A stretch of DNA of 64,000 nt from Savitreella phatthalungensis (lineage: Eukaryota), in the NCBI GenBank assembly GCA_051599415.1, contig AP039690.1, forward strand, positions 558,001 to 622,000, in the 5' to 3' direction. This document shows, piece by piece, positions 39,438-51,069 of this stretch. The translations under genes were made by a program, and so were the position numbers. Numbering within the stretch: the stretch's first letter is position 1; every line of letters starts with the position of its first letter. The notes under the pieces are model-generated. The model worked only from the letters and a program-made list of their open reading frames with translations. It was not told the DNA's origin and ran no database searches.

Positions 39438-42400
39438 TCAATAACCGCGCTTTATGGATTCGCGTAGCTTAGCTAGCGTTGCGTTGACGTGTCTTTCGAC
39501 TGCTTTCGGATCAGCCGAGGCACTGGAATGCTCTACATGCAGACGAATCAGGTGCATGTAGCGATCGAGTTCACCATGGTCGTGCGAGGCGCTGACGGCC
39601 AGTGTAGCGTGCCTGATCAGAGCTTCGACGCCTTCCGAAAAGATTTCATAGAATCGTCGGGAGCTCACGAGTGATACGTCAGTAGGACGTCTGAAAGCAT
39701 TACGTAGATTCTGTTGTAGTGCCAGGATACTCAAAGACATTTTCTCTGCTCCGTGTGAGCTCATTGCTGGAATTTTGTCACAGTCGTAGATGAGAACATC
39801 GTCAATGGTCTGTGTCAAGCCAAGCATCACAAAACTCTCTTCTTCTCGGGGTAGCAAGCGAGATATGCCACCATACAGAGTCATCAAGATGCTGTTCAGC
39901 TGTCCAAACGAAGGATCAATCTCGCTTGTCTTCTCGTCAATAGACAAATTGCCAGTCAGCAATGCTCGATGGAGGCACATTATGAGCTGTGCTCGAAGCT
40001 CAAGACGGATACACAATAAGACAGTGCGCAGCATCGTGCAAAAATTTTCTGCAGTGGTCCGATAGGATAGAGAAACGTCAGATGGCAAGGCACTTCGAAA
40101 TGTGTGCAGCGCTTCTTTCTCTGGCAGCAGCCATGGCTTGCCCGGAAGCTGCGCTCCTCTGGGTAACATGGCAAACAACGCTGCGGCGAAAGTCCGCAAG
40201 CCCATATATAATTCGATGAGCTGCGTATACTCGCCTGACGTCAAAAGCCAAGATGCAGAGAATGTGAACCCCATCCGCAATTCGCGGAGTGCCTCGATTT
40301 CTTGCTTGTTGACCCTGGCAACTTTATCTGTCTGGAAAACGCTAGCTTCCAGGAGATCCTGCCACAGACCGCCAACTTGTGGGCGTGCTGACCAAGCTGC
40401 GCTAATCCGGGGACCATTCGCTGGTTCTGTCTGTCGTGCCACAAGCTGTTCGTACCTGGCTTTTGCATGAGCAAGGACACTGTGCAGCACACGAACGAGT
40501 GTAGCGTCATGAGCCATTTTTGACGCCGGCATCATGTCGATCATAGCAGCAATTCGTGTCGTCAGCGCCATCGCATGCACGATGTTTGGAGACAAGTCTG
40601 CGCGGTTCGTGCGAATCTTTGTCCGTACAGGCACGTCCAAAGCTTGGTAGCCACTGCCTACTCTAGCCCGTGCTGCATTTGACGGCGTCCAGCCAACTGT
40701 ATTGTCGACAAACGCGATAGCTAAGAACTGGTCAACAGCGCTCGACAGGTGACTGTAAAAGAGGTCGTCGAGTAGCTGTGAGGTGTAGTCCGCGCTCGCG
40801 TTCGCGGTCGGTAAGAAGTCTTCGATTCGACGCAGAAGAGCCACGGCTGGCTGCAGCAGGACGACGACATTAAGAGCCGATGGCTGCACTAGTACGGAAT
40901 GTCGGTCTGCCACGTGTACCATGCTGTCGGACCGAACGACTTCTTGAATACTATCGTTACCGGTCATTAGACCCGGTACGGCTTCCCTTAGCATCTGCGA
41001 CATCTCTTCCTCGTCCGATCGGACGATTCCTACGGCGACGGTACCGAGCTGAACAGTTTCGGAGTGCTTGCGAGCTGGTCCAGAAGTCCTTGCTTGCGTA
41101 AATAAGTCATCTTTTCTCCGATATGCGGCAGTCTGGAGCGAGGCTTCTTGATCTCCAGTGGAGAGATATAGCGACATGATGCGACGTAGCTCATGCTCAA
41201 AAGCCTGCCAGATAGCCGACTTCTTCAGCTTGATCTTCATCGGATCAGTCGGAGAAGGGAAGCTGGAGGCCGACGTGTCAAGCGCTGATGAGGTAGACTT
41301 CTGAAAATGGGCTATGATATCCATCATTGCCGTCCACTTTGAGAAGAGCGTCCAGAACAAATCGCGCAGTGGCTCTGCGGTCTGCTCATCTACATCACCG
41401 TCGCCATCATAGACTGAAGCCTTGACGCCCAGGGCGACGTGCGGATAACGAGCGGATACCTCTCCAGTCGTACGGAATACAGTCGCAGCGATTTCAGTTG
41501 GCATACGTTGGAGGACGTGGTCTAAAGCGAACGGCAATTTGCCCAATGCCTGGAGCGCATCAACGAGCGTATTGACGTAGCGCCTCGAGTCAGCTTCCGG
41601 ATGCACTTTCGCTTGCGAGCTGTCCAGCATGTCGTGCTGGTAAGCTATGCTGGCAGTTACAACGTCAACCTCCTCCATGCGCGGCAGGTCCGTCTGCATG
41701 TATTTGTAGGCCGCCCATCGAGTATCACAATACGGCGATTTGAGGTAAAGATGATTCTGCAGCTCCTCCACTAGCACTTCAACCAAGTTTGTCGATTGAG
41801 TTCGCAAATACCCGCGGATATCTCGCAGTGCAGGCATGTTCAGGAGGGCATCTCGATGCACGCTTACGTTGGCCTCCGTATACAGACTGACCACTCTGGA
41901 GAAATTCTTCACAGACAAGGCGCTCTCGATCTCGTCTGGTACGCGTTTGAGCTCGGCAATCTCTTCAAGAATCTGTAATGAATCCTGCAGCTGACGAGTG
42001 CGCCCGTTCAGCTCAACAAGGTCCAATCGCTGGATCGAAAGCTGCGCCTTCGCGCGAAGCAGCATATCTGAGGCTTCCTTGACTTGTCTCTGGCATCGAT
42101 CCAGCGCAGCCTCCATGCTGGCATGCATGCCGATGGAGGAATTGAAGCCTTGAAAATGTGTATTAACGTGAGCTTGAAGTGATCGCTCCAGATGCTTATT
42201 GATGTTGCGGAAATTGTCAAGCTCGCGATGCCGGCCTAGAGACGTTGTGTCCAACATCTCCAGTGCGAGGGAAACGGGCTGGAAACCGTCAGTGAGGAGT
42301 TCTGGGTAGTCTTGCTGGACGATCGAAGTAATCCTGGACAAGGCTGAATCATCGTCCGATGGTGCGGTCTTATTCGTATAGCCGCGAGTCGGTCTGCCAT

Positions 42401-42563
42401 AGCCTTCTTGTGCGTCTGTAAGCCCATCTGCGCGCAAAACTGCGGGAGTGGTACGTCCAGCACGGCCCGTCGACGCCTTGAGGCGCGTCAATGGATCATG
42501 CTCGCCTGTCGATGTTGAGCGATCATCGTCGTCGAAAAGATGCCGTCTAGCGCGACTCCCCAT
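39438..42563 (-). CDS. SEC8: Exocyst complex component Sec8
   Basis: F.PV.LAL..LD.TSLG, L...VN.HFQGFNSSIG, L.EEL.NHLYLKSPYC and PEADS..Y; ATG at 42563. Confidence 0.9.
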   Translation of the reverse strand: MGSRARRHLFDDDDRSTSTGEHDPLTRLKASTGRAGRTTPAVLRADGLTDAQEGYGRPTRGYTNKTAPSDDDSALSRITSIVQQDYPELLTDGFQPVSLALEMLDTTSLGRHRELDNFRNINKHLERSLQAHVNTHFQGFNSSIGMHASMEAALDRCQRQVKEASDMLLRAKAQLSIQRLDLVELNGRTRQLQDSLQILEEIAELKRVPDEIESALSVKNFSRVVSLYTEANVSVHRDALLNMPALRDIRGYLRTQSTNLVEVLVEELQNHLYLKSPYCDTRWAAYKYMQTDLPRMEEVDVVTASIAYQHDMLDSSQAKVHPEADSRRYVNTLVDALQALGKLPFALDHVLQRMPTEIAATVFRTTGEVSARYPHVALGVKASVYDGDGDVDEQTAEPLRDLFWTLFSKWTAMMDIIAHFQKSTSSALDTSASSFPSPTDPMKIKLKKSAIWQAFEHELRRIMSLYLSTGDQEASLQTAAYRRKDDLFTQARTSGPARKHSETVQLGTVAVGIVRSDEEEMSQMLREAVPGLMTGNDSIQEVVRSDSMVHVADRHSVLVQPSALNVVVLLQPAVALLRRIEDFLPTANASADYTSQLLDDLFYSHLSSAVDQFLAIAFVDNTVGWTPSNAARARVGSGYQALDVPVRTKIRTNRADLSPNIVHAMALTTRIAAMIDMMPASKMAHDATLVRVLHSVLAHAKARYEQLVARQTEPANGPRISAAWSARPQVGGLWQDLLEASVFQTDKVARVNKQEIEALRELRMGFTFSASWLLTSGEYTQLIELYMGLRTFAAALFAMLPRGAQLPGKPWLLPEKEALHTFRSALPSDVSLSYRTTAENFCTMLRTVLLCIRLELRAQLIMCLHRALLTGNLSIDEKTSEIDPSFGQLNSILMTLYGGISRLLPREEESFVMLGLTQTIDDVLIYDCDKIPAMSSHGAEKMSLSILALQQNLRNAFRRPTDVSLVSSRRFYEIFSEGVEALIRHATLAVSASHDHGELDRYMHLIRLHVEHSSASADPKAVERHVNATLAKLRESIKRGY

Positions 42564-43117
42564 GTCAAATGGTGCCTGCCTTGAACGCTCGAATGAGGTC
42601 AAGACAAGGAGTGCATGAGGCGCGAAAGCTTGAGCTGTCAAGTCAAGCTGTCGAGATCATATATGAAAAGAGCCCTAACGCATGTGCGGATCATGAGGAA
42701 ATCACATACTGCACGTATATATATGTATACACACGTACGTACGAACGGATGTACGCACGTAAAAGTGCATTGATTGTGTGCGCCCATATCTGTACAGGCA
42801 TATCGTTGTTCGCTGTACAGCTAGCTAATTAGCACTAATTCATTTGCAAGCCGTGCGCGCGAATCGAGCCATTAGAAATGCACCCAGCTGAGTTCTTCAG
42901 CACATATAATTTATATATCTGCGTACGTTATATTGTGAGTTACTTGCTTGCTTGTCTGAACGCAGCCACGTATATATTGCTCAATGCTAGGGCTCAACCG
43001 GCTACTATTCCGTGTATTATACAGCCTTCTGGACTGAAGGACTGTTCAATTATCTCTTCGCGACAGTTCTTTGCGCCTTCGATCTCGTCAGGAAACCGCC
43101 TAGCGACGTATTCCTGA

Positions 43118-46100
43118 TCATCTGACATCAAGAAGCGGACCACATTCGAGAGCATCTTTAGCCATTTCGAGGAGCACGTTGAATTCGCCTGAAGATTGAC
43201 ACATTTCGCGGAAAATAGATCCCTCTGTGATCATCAGATGGTATGGATGATCGTACTCAACGGCACTTCCTGCATCCATGACAAGGATCTTGTCATAATC
43301 GCATATTGAGCGAAGGCGATGTGCGATTGTCAGAATGGTAGAGTCCTTGAAGCTCGCCCGTATGGTCTTTTGAATTTTCGCATCAGTTGCATAGTCGACA
43401 GACGCTGTGCTTTCGTCCAAGAATATAATTTTCGGCAGACGAAGTAATGCCCGGGCTAGACAGAGCAGCTGCCGTTGTCCCTGCGACAGATTCGCCCCAC
43501 CTTCAGCAACAGGAGTTTCGAGGTTGTAGAAGACATTCGCATTCTCAACTCTGTCGTCCTTCGCACTGGCTGAAGAATCTCCTACTGTCACGTTGCTCTC
43601 GTTGTGGCGAGAACGTACGGTATCAGTGTCTCTTGTTCTGGCAGGAACGCAGCCCTGCGCATTAGGCGAATCGATTAGATGGACCCGACGGAGAGCCTCG
43701 AAAATCTCTAGGTCGCTGTGCTCGTCAAATGGATCAAGATTGAAACGCAGACTGCGCTGGAATAGAGTCGGATCCTGGGGAATGATAGTCAGACCGCGAC
43801 GAAGATCTTTGAGATCAAGCTTAGAGATGTCAACTCCGTCAATGCAGATAGTGCCAGTCTGAGGCTCCACCAAGCGAAAGAACGCTGTTGCGATCGAGGA
43901 TTTCCCGGCACCCGTGCGGCCGACAATTCCAATCTTACTACCCGGTTCGACCTTGAAAGATAGGTTCTTCAATACGGTCGGCAGCTCGGGCGCGTAAGAC
44001 ATGCTAAGACCGTTCACGTCAATGGCTCCACGTGAAGGCCAGACACCGACCGGCTTAACGACCGCCTGTTCGGGCGCAATCTCTGGTTCTAGCGCCAGGT
44101 ATTCTCCAACGCGCTCGACCGAGTTCATATTCATCTCGTTCAGCGCATAAAAGCGCACACACCAGAGGATGTGGTCTGTGAAGGTGATAGCGTAAGTGAT
44201 CGAAATACCCGCAAGCCCAGCGTCGAGCCTGTCAACATTTAAGATCACAAAAGCTGCGGCGAAAAAAGCAACGAGAGCGCCACCCATGTCAATGCGTACT
44301 GATAGCCAGCGGTTACACGCCCACAGATAATAGAATGGACGATTGTTCGTGTCAATCTTTGTGAGATTCTGTTGGATGAAACCGAGGCACAGGCCGTAAG
44401 CGCGAATAGTCGTCACGCCTGCCAAAGTCTCACCAAAATGCTGATAAATCGGCGATCTTGTTACTGAGTCCAGGCGTTTAAGCTCGCGACTGGTCCGAAC
44501 GTACAAAACCCCAACGATTGTGTACAGGAATGTGATCACGGCTCCCGCAATGAGGAAGCCTGGAGTGATGACGCTGATCAAAAATACCACAACGATGACA
44601 GCCAGGCTGTCTTGCGCGAACAGTGACAGTACGATCGCACATTCCTGATCGATTGTCTCGAGATCCTTACTGAAGCGATTGAGTATGCGGCCGAGTGGAG
44701 TGGCGTCGAAAAACCTCATGCGCGTGCGCAAAACGCCTTTCAGCAGTTTCTCGTGCATGACTTTAGAGGCGCGAAGGGAGCCGAAACTGCTCAACAGGGC
44801 TCTGAGAAAGACGACAGTGCAATATCCCAGCGTGATCAGAGCATAGACTCCAAGATAAAAGTTCAGATTCGCGCTACCCCGGACGATCGTCTGTTCGCGC
44901 CCTTCGGTGCTCTGCAGACGAATGCGATCCAGCTCTTCACCGGGAGGACTCATTGGAAAGAAGATGCTGCCAGGGCGAGACACGCCTCCGAACGATGCAA
45001 GGGAGTAGGGCATGTGAACCGAGCTTGCGCCCCTTGCCTGGAAATTCAGCGCCCATTCGCGAATCCAGTAGCTCTGGTATATGTTGAGGGCTTGCTGGAG
45101 CGCGTAGGCTAACGCAAGTGAGACATAGTAGGCTGGTCCACCTAAGGCTTTGATGTATGACGAATACACATGCCAGCCAACTGAACCTTGCGCTCTTGCC
45201 TCTTCCTGGGCATCCAGTTTCTTTGGATTTGGCGACGGTACTTGGTCCTCAACCGGGACCTTCTTGTCGACCACTGACGGCTTGACGATATCAGCGACCG
45301 CGGCTGAGGACTCTACACGCGACGGGGCGACAGAGACTCCGCGTGAATTGCTGGTAGACATGGCCGAATGAAGGGCATTGTCATCCTGTCCTATAAAGCC
45401 CTGCTCGACCATTTCAAAAGGGGTGCCTTGCGCTTTGATTCGGCCATTGTCAAGCAGAACAACGTGGTGAGCTTCTGGCAACGTCAGAGCAGTGTTGTGT
45501 GTCACAAGGATGCGAGTGCGGTCCTCGACCAGAGAGCCAGTCAAGGCATTTTCGAAAATCCATTTCGCCGTGTGCGAATCAACGGCAGATAGGCAATCAT
45601 CGAGCAGCAAGTGTCTGGCGTGCGAATAGAGAGCGCGAGCGAGAGAAACCCGCTGCTTTTGGCCACCGCTGAGCGTGATGCCCTTCTCACCGATCTGGGT
45701 CTCATCACCATTTTCCATGATCTGGAGATCTCGATCCAGCGCACATGCTGTCAGAACTGCTCGATAGCGAGACTCCTCATAGTCCGTGCTGAATAGAATG
45801 TTGTTCTTGATTGTGTCGTTCAGGAGCCAGGCTGTCTGGGCGCAATAAGCCACACAGTCGATCAGCTCCGAGCCAGGCCAGACATCTGAATCCTCTCTGT
45901 TCCGCGCGCCGGGGAGGAATGCGGAACCTTTGACAAGGGTCATTTCTCCAAGCAGTGCCAGCAGCAGAGAGGTCTTGCCTGATCCTGTTGGACCGCAGAC
46001 GATGCTCAAAGTGCCGACCGGGAAATCAATGCTCAAGTCACGCACCTGGAAACTCTGTCCACAGCTTGTAGCCGATTCATCGTCTGACCGTGCCACGGCC

Positions 46101-48037
46101 CAAGAGAAGGTCGCATCTGTAAAACCAACCTCAGGTCTGACAATGCCGGTTTCGCGCTTCAAGATGTGATATTTTTGCGTTTCCTCCTCATTGAGAAACT
46201 TTTCGACTCGATCAAGGGACACCTTGCTTTGAAGGACATTCGTCACCATATCCGCGAGCTGATCGAGCGGAGCGCGCAGCACATTGAAAAGCGAGAGCGC
46301 AGTGAAAGCGACTGATGCAGTGAGCTCGTGACCGGCCAGCTTTGTATATGCGTAGAATGTGAATAATGTGATGATCACTGGTGACACAGTCCAAGACAGA
46401 CTGGCAATGCTGAAAGTTATGAATCGACGACGTAGCTGAATGAGCTCGGCACGCCTGTTCTCGTTGACATCGCGCATGAACTGATCCTCCCAAGCAAAGT
46501 ACTTGATTATTCGCACGCTGTTCAGAACCTCGTTCATTCGGTTGATGCGAATGTCTGTCGTCTTCATCAGTGCTTCCTGAATACGACCAAATTGTCGGGA
46601 TGTCCAGTAATTGAGTGGCAATAACAGTGCCATTCCGACGAGTCCAGCAGCGGCAGACCAGCCAAGCACACGCCAAAGGAGATACACAGCGATGACCAGC
46701 TCAAGTGGTACTGAGGCGATGAGGTAATGCAGATAAGCACAGATTTCAGCAACCTTAAATGCATCAATAGCCATGAGATTGATGATTTGACCTTGATTTG
46801 CTTGACCATCTGATGTTTCAGCGGCGTCCCCAGCGACGGAAATGTCACGCCTACGCAGGGATTTTGCGTACACCTCGCCGATGATAATAGCTCGCAGCTT
46901 GATACATATTTTTCGTCCGATCCATAAGGCCTGTCCATTACCGGTTGTGCTGAACATTTGGCCGACCAGCAGACCGATACAGTACAGCCAGGCGGTACTT
47001 TTTGATGTCCTGTCGGGTGCCTCCAAATACTCAAGAATGAGCTTCAACAGGATGGTAGGCGCAAAGGTGAAGATCGAATAAACTATCGCCCAAAACCCCT
47101 GGAGAACAAGCAGTCCTCTGAAGTGCCATAGGAGGGTGTACATCAATTTCGATGCCTTCCGTGCAGCCGTGAAGGCTTGTAAGACCGCTTCAGCATGATT
47201 ATCTTCGTCCAAGTCCCATACAGAATCCATATGATGGGCGCTTTTGTAGCCGCGCCATATGACCGGATCAACCCAGCTGAAGGACGCGAGGCTCAAGAGG
47301 CTTGCGAGTGGCTCGTGGGTCGCTGGAATACCACGAGTCGAGAGTCTCGGGTAGGTCTGAGTGTTATACCGAGTTGTGAGCACACCCAGTAGCACAATCG
47401 AAACGAGCACGAAATTCAACGCGGTGGCGACGAAATGGAACTGAGAGACTCTCCGCAGGAAAGCCGAGCGAAACTCGAAGAACGCTACCGGGAAAATTGA
47501 GGCGACGTTATAGAAGATGTGGAAGAAGATCGTACTTGTCCAGCCCGGGTTCAATATCTTGATGTTCTTGACGGTCGTAAGCGTGGCAACGTAAATCCAG
47601 AATGTTGCATAAACGATGTATGGCGTCCTTTCGCTGGCCAGCAAGCTACCTGAGAGGTGCAGAGCGAACAATGCCCACACGCAGACGACTTCTGACACGC
47701 GTGAGACCAACTCAAGCTTCGGCGGCTGATGAAGTTCGCCGCGCTGCCGAGTGCCCTTCATCTGGGTGCCGACGCGCGTGAACAAGTCATGTTCATCATC
47801 TGGATCGTGTGAAGCAGTATCAGCAGATGACTGACTTGCACGATCAAGCTGGCTGTAAAAAGCCCTTTTCCGGCGTACGCGAACGATGTGCCTGAGAATT
47901 ACAAAGGTGAGTCCCACGATTGAGACTGAGCTGATTACTATCGGCAGGATAAACTCGAAATACTGGCGTCTGAAGCATCTTGAGAAGTCATCGCCGGTCC
48001 AAATGTCATGCGCGCTGCACACTACTCCCTGCCGCAT
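43118..48037 (-). CDS. ABCC/MRP-type ABC transporter (Ybt1/Bpt1-like vacuolar transporter)
   Basis: Two NBDs (GPTGSGKT/LSGGQKQR; GRTGAGKS/LSQGQRQL), two TMDs plus an N-terminal TMD0, and QALWIGRKICI.LRAII.GE.Y.K typical of the Ybt1 clade. Confidence 0.95.
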   Translation of the reverse strand: MRQGVVCSAHDIWTGDDFSRCFRRQYFEFILPIVISSVSIVGLTFVILRHIVRVRRKRAFYSQLDRASQSSADTASHDPDDEHDLFTRVGTQMKGTRQRGELHQPPKLELVSRVSEVVCVWALFALHLSGSLLASERTPYIVYATFWIYVATLTTVKNIKILNPGWTSTIFFHIFYNVASIFPVAFFEFRSAFLRRVSQFHFVATALNFVLVSIVLLGVLTTRYNTQTYPRLSTRGIPATHEPLASLLSLASFSWVDPVIWRGYKSAHHMDSVWDLDEDNHAEAVLQAFTAARKASKLMYTLLWHFRGLLVLQGFWAIVYSIFTFAPTILLKLILEYLEAPDRTSKSTAWLYCIGLLVGQMFSTTGNGQALWIGRKICIKLRAIIIGEVYAKSLRRRDISVAGDAAETSDGQANQGQIINLMAIDAFKVAEICAYLHYLIASVPLELVIAVYLLWRVLGWSAAAGLVGMALLLPLNYWTSRQFGRIQEALMKTTDIRINRMNEVLNSVRIIKYFAWEDQFMRDVNENRRAELIQLRRRFITFSIASLSWTVSPVIITLFTFYAYTKLAGHELTASVAFTALSLFNVLRAPLDQLADMVTNVLQSKVSLDRVEKFLNEEETQKYHILKRETGIVRPEVGFTDATFSWAVARSDDESATSCGQSFQVRDLSIDFPVGTLSIVCGPTGSGKTSLLLALLGEMTLVKGSAFLPGARNREDSDVWPGSELIDCVAYCAQTAWLLNDTIKNNILFSTDYEESRYRAVLTACALDRDLQIMENGDETQIGEKGITLSGGQKQRVSLARALYSHARHLLLDDCLSAVDSHTAKWIFENALTGSLVEDRTRILVTHNTALTLPEAHHVVLLDNGRIKAQGTPFEMVEQGFIGQDDNALHSAMSTSNSRGVSVAPSRVESSAAVADIVKPSVVDKKVPVEDQVPSPNPKKLDAQEEARAQGSVGWHVYSSYIKALGGPAYYVSLALAYALQQALNIYQSYWIREWALNFQARGASSVHMPYSLASFGGVSRPGSIFFPMSPPGEELDRIRLQSTEGREQTIVRGSANLNFYLGVYALITLGYCTVVFLRALLSSFGSLRASKVMHEKLLKGVLRTRMRFFDATPLGRILNRFSKDLETIDQECAIVLSLFAQDSLAVIVVVFLISVITPGFLIAGAVITFLYTIVGVLYVRTSRELKRLDSVTRSPIYQHFGETLAGVTTIRAYGLCLGFIQQNLTKIDTNNRPFYYLWACNRWLSVRIDMGGALVAFFAAAFVILNVDRLDAGLAGISITYAITFTDHILWCVRFYALNEMNMNSVERVGEYLALEPEIAPEQAVVKPVGVWPSRGAIDVNGLSMSYAPELPTVLKNLSFKVEPGSKIGIVGRTGAGKSSIATAFFRLVEPQTGTICIDGVDISKLDLKDLRRGLTIIPQDPTLFQRSLRFNLDPFDEHSDLEIFEALRRVHLIDSPNAQGCVPARTRDTDTVRSRHNESNVTVGDSSASAKDDRVENANVFYNLETPVAEGGANLSQGQRQLLCLARALLRLPKIIFLDESTASVDYATDAKIQKTIRASFKDSTILTIAHRLRSICDYDKILVMDAGSAVEYDHPYHLMITEGSIFREMCQSSGEFNVLLEMAKDALECGPLLDVR

Positions 48038-48783
48038 ATCCAACCCGCGCGTTGGCCTGATCGACGCACTGTCGAATACTCGATCGGGCAGCTGATACAG
48101 AGCTGTGCGTCAATTGTCCCGAGACTGAAGGGTTGAGTATTTTGGCAGGATCAAGACCCCGTGGGTAAATGCGTGAGTCACCTCTGCAGCACAAGTACGG
48201 CTGTAGAGATGAACCGCGTGTCTTCGAAATCTTTGTCTCCTTGAGTCGTTCCTGCTGATCCACATTTTGGTTTCCGGATCAGATCGTTCAGATACGTCGT
48301 CGAATCAAATTAAGCGAGTGACTATCGGGCTCGACGTCAATGCAACATCAATAGCTTAAATCTCACTTTGTGCATTCTAGCATGCTGGCAAATACGAGCA
48401 AGACAGCAGCAATTCCTAAGACAATCGGGTTGTTGTGCGAAATTCAAGATGCACGGCGATAGGACAGAAAGGGGCGCTGTGAGCATGGTATGTAACCTAA
48501 AATGAGCGAGATAAGCAGCGCTGTATAAGACAGATGGCGACAAAATCTATGCAGTCCACGTCGCAATGCAGGCAGACAATAGCAGCCTTCACCTCTGCAA
48601 TGGTTTGTGGCGCCAGATTTGGTGGCTATGATCCGGTAGACGTTTCCGTGTTTCCACTAGCAGGTTGTCCTAGTGACATTTGGTCATACGCACTCAGTGT
48701 GCCAGCACCACACCCCGCCAGCGCTCCGCATCCTCGACAAGAGCTACATGACATCTGACGTCAACAAATCGATTCTTCTCTCT

Positions 48784-49243
48784 TTACGTGCTGCGTGGCT
48801 TGATTTGCGGCTCCCAAGCATTGATCCTGTCAATAGTTAGCTTCGCTGTGCGTATGGCAAACAGCAGTCTCTCACTTTTCCCGCACGGTCGAATATGGCT
48901 TGTAAGCGGCCCGCGTGCCCGTACCATTCTTGACCCACTTGATCTCCCAAGGGAATTGGCCTGTTTGCAGCTTCGAGTCCTCCGTGGGCGGTTTGTTCGT
49001 CGTATGCGCAAGCCAGCCATACCATCCAGGCTCAATTTGTGACTCTTCATTCGTGAAATCAGCGTAATCAACCCAGCGGTTGCGGAAAGGAAGCTCTTCC
49101 TGATCCTCGTAGTATTTATTGCCCATCTTGTCTATACCGACCAGACGCCCCGCCTTCGTATCACCGATATGCTGCATTTGATGGCCAGCCTCGCGTAAGC
49201 CGATGCGACGCAAGTTCCGCAACGTTCGAGTGATCGTCGACAT
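48784..49243 (-). CDS. NADH:ubiquinone oxidoreductase subunit NDUFA12/N7BM; intron 48827-48875
   Basis: GDTKAG.LVG.D..GNKYYE, RNRWVDY and SQIEPGW.GWL. A 49-nt GTGAGA..GCTAAC..CAG intron gives YSTVREK|INAWEP. Confidence 0.93.
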
Positions 49244-49564
49244 CTGATGAGACCGACTGCGACAAATCTAGACTGCTTTACACAATCCTTTCAAGCACGC
49301 TAAAAGAGCCGCCGGGAAGTCGCGACGATTTTCGTCTCCGTGCAAAATAGCACACACACATATCTGTGATTTGTGGAAAACGGAATATGCACGCCCAGCT
49401 GGAATGCACCGCGATGCGTGATGATGTAGCTCGTTCTCATACCTCATATGCGGCGACATCAACATTAGTGGAAAAACCAACGTTGATTACGTGCAATACC
49501 TACGAATGTATAGAGGCAGGAGATTGCAATCACGCGCAAAAGAACGGTAGGCGATCTGCCAGCC

Positions 49565-51007
49565 ATGACCTTTGATCCGTTGTGGAGGCCTTTGTGCCTG
49601 AAGCTGGACAGGATTGCGCCTCGTTTTCTGCTTCCGAAGGGCTCCATTGACGTACTATATCAGCCTGATCAATTCTATGTCTCACTCAAGCAAAGCATAC
49701 GTCGTGCTGAACGGCGCATCTGGCTCTCGACACTGTATATTGGAAAGGAAGAGACAGAGTTGGTAGGCGCGTTGCGCTCAAGCTTGCGAGCTAAGCCGCG
49801 ATTGAAGCTGTCCGTTACCACCGATGCGCTGCGTGGCACACGCGAGGCTCCAGCAGCATGCTGCGCGTCCCTACTTTCCAGTCTTGTGAGCGAATTCGGT
49901 GCTGATAGAGTCGAACTGAATATGTTTCACAGCCCAGCTCTGCATGGTTGGCGAAAACGAATCGTTCCGCGGAGGTTCGACGAAGGATGGGGCTTGCAGC
50001 ATATGAAAATCTACGGCATTGATGACGAAGTTATGCTTTCAGGCGCAAACTTGTCGGCGGAGTACTTCTCGAATCGGCAGGATCGCTATCACGTCTTTCG
50101 CAACGCAGCACTGGCTGACTACTATCACGGTCTTCACGCCACCGTGGCAAGTTTGTCGTATAAGGTGAAGCCAAATCCGCAAAGTGATGCCGGATTTGAG
50201 TTGTACTGGGCAGATCAACGAGTTCCCGAGCCAGTCCGTCAACCTCGGGCCTTCCGAGAACATGCACAGGGGCTCTTCGAGATATATACTCGCCCAGGAG
50301 CTCTGCACGCGTGTGACTTTTCAGCGGACGAGCCCGCCTGCACTGTCGTTTATCCGCTCGTACAGATGAGCCCCTTAGCACCCGGCTCGTGCCGCACAGA
50401 ACAAGCTGCTCTCAATGCGGTCCTGGATCATTTGGCTGACAAGGAAATGTCCGGCTCACGCTGGCTGTACACGGCAGGATATTTCAATGTTTTCCCTGAA
50501 TACCGCGAGCATTTGCTTAGGACACGAGGCACGGGCAATGTCATCACCGCGAGTCCGGATGCGAATGGCTTTTACAAATCGAGTGGACCTTCCGGCATGC
50601 TCGTCGCGGCGTATACTCTTCTGGCTAAGCGGTTCATCCACGATGTCGAGCGCGCTGGCAAATCAAAGAACATCTCTATCTCAGAATGGCAGCGAGGCAG
50701 CTTTGGCGAAGTCAATAGATGGACATACCATGCCAAGGGTATTTGGATCGCTCCACGGAACAGCGCACTGCCTTCTTTGACTTTGATAGGATCGTCGAAC
50801 ATGACGAGACGTTCGCAAAAACTCGATCTCGAGGCGACTGCACTGCTTATCACGGCCGACAACGAGCTGCAACGAAAGTTAGCGGATGAGTGGTCGAATC
50901 TCGAAAAATGCTCGAAACGCGTCACGGCACAAGATCTGTCGGTCGCAGAGCGCCGAGCTGATCTCAAGACGCGGATTGCACTCTGGATTTGTCAGGGCAT
51001 GCTCTAA
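49565..51007 (+). CDS. PGS1: Phosphatidylglycerophosphate synthase (PLD superfamily)
   Basis: GLQHMKIYGIDD...SGANLS..YF.NRQDRY and WTYHAKGIW...IGSSN...RS..LDLE. Confidence 0.95.
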   Translation: MTFDPLWRPLCLKLDRIAPRFLLPKGSIDVLYQPDQFYVSLKQSIRRAERRIWLSTLYIGKEETELVGALRSSLRAKPRLKLSVTTDALRGTREAPAACCASLLSSLVSEFGADRVELNMFHSPALHGWRKRIVPRRFDEGWGLQHMKIYGIDDEVMLSGANLSAEYFSNRQDRYHVFRNAALADYYHGLHATVASLSYKVKPNPQSDAGFELYWADQRVPEPVRQPRAFREHAQGLFEIYTRPGALHACDFSADEPACTVVYPLVQMSPLAPGSCRTEQAALNAVLDHLADKEMSGSRWLYTAGYFNVFPEYREHLLRTRGTGNVITASPDANGFYKSSGPSGMLVAAYTLLAKRFIHDVERAGKSKNISISEWQRGSFGEVNRWTYHAKGIWIAPRNSALPSLTLIGSSNMTRRSQKLDLEATALLITADNELQRKLADEWSNLEKCSKRVTAQDLSVAERRADLKTRIALWICQGML

Positions 51008-51069
51008 AAATACATAACAATTGAGATCGGGTATTGCAGCGATGTACATGTAGTTGAAAAGTCCTTGCA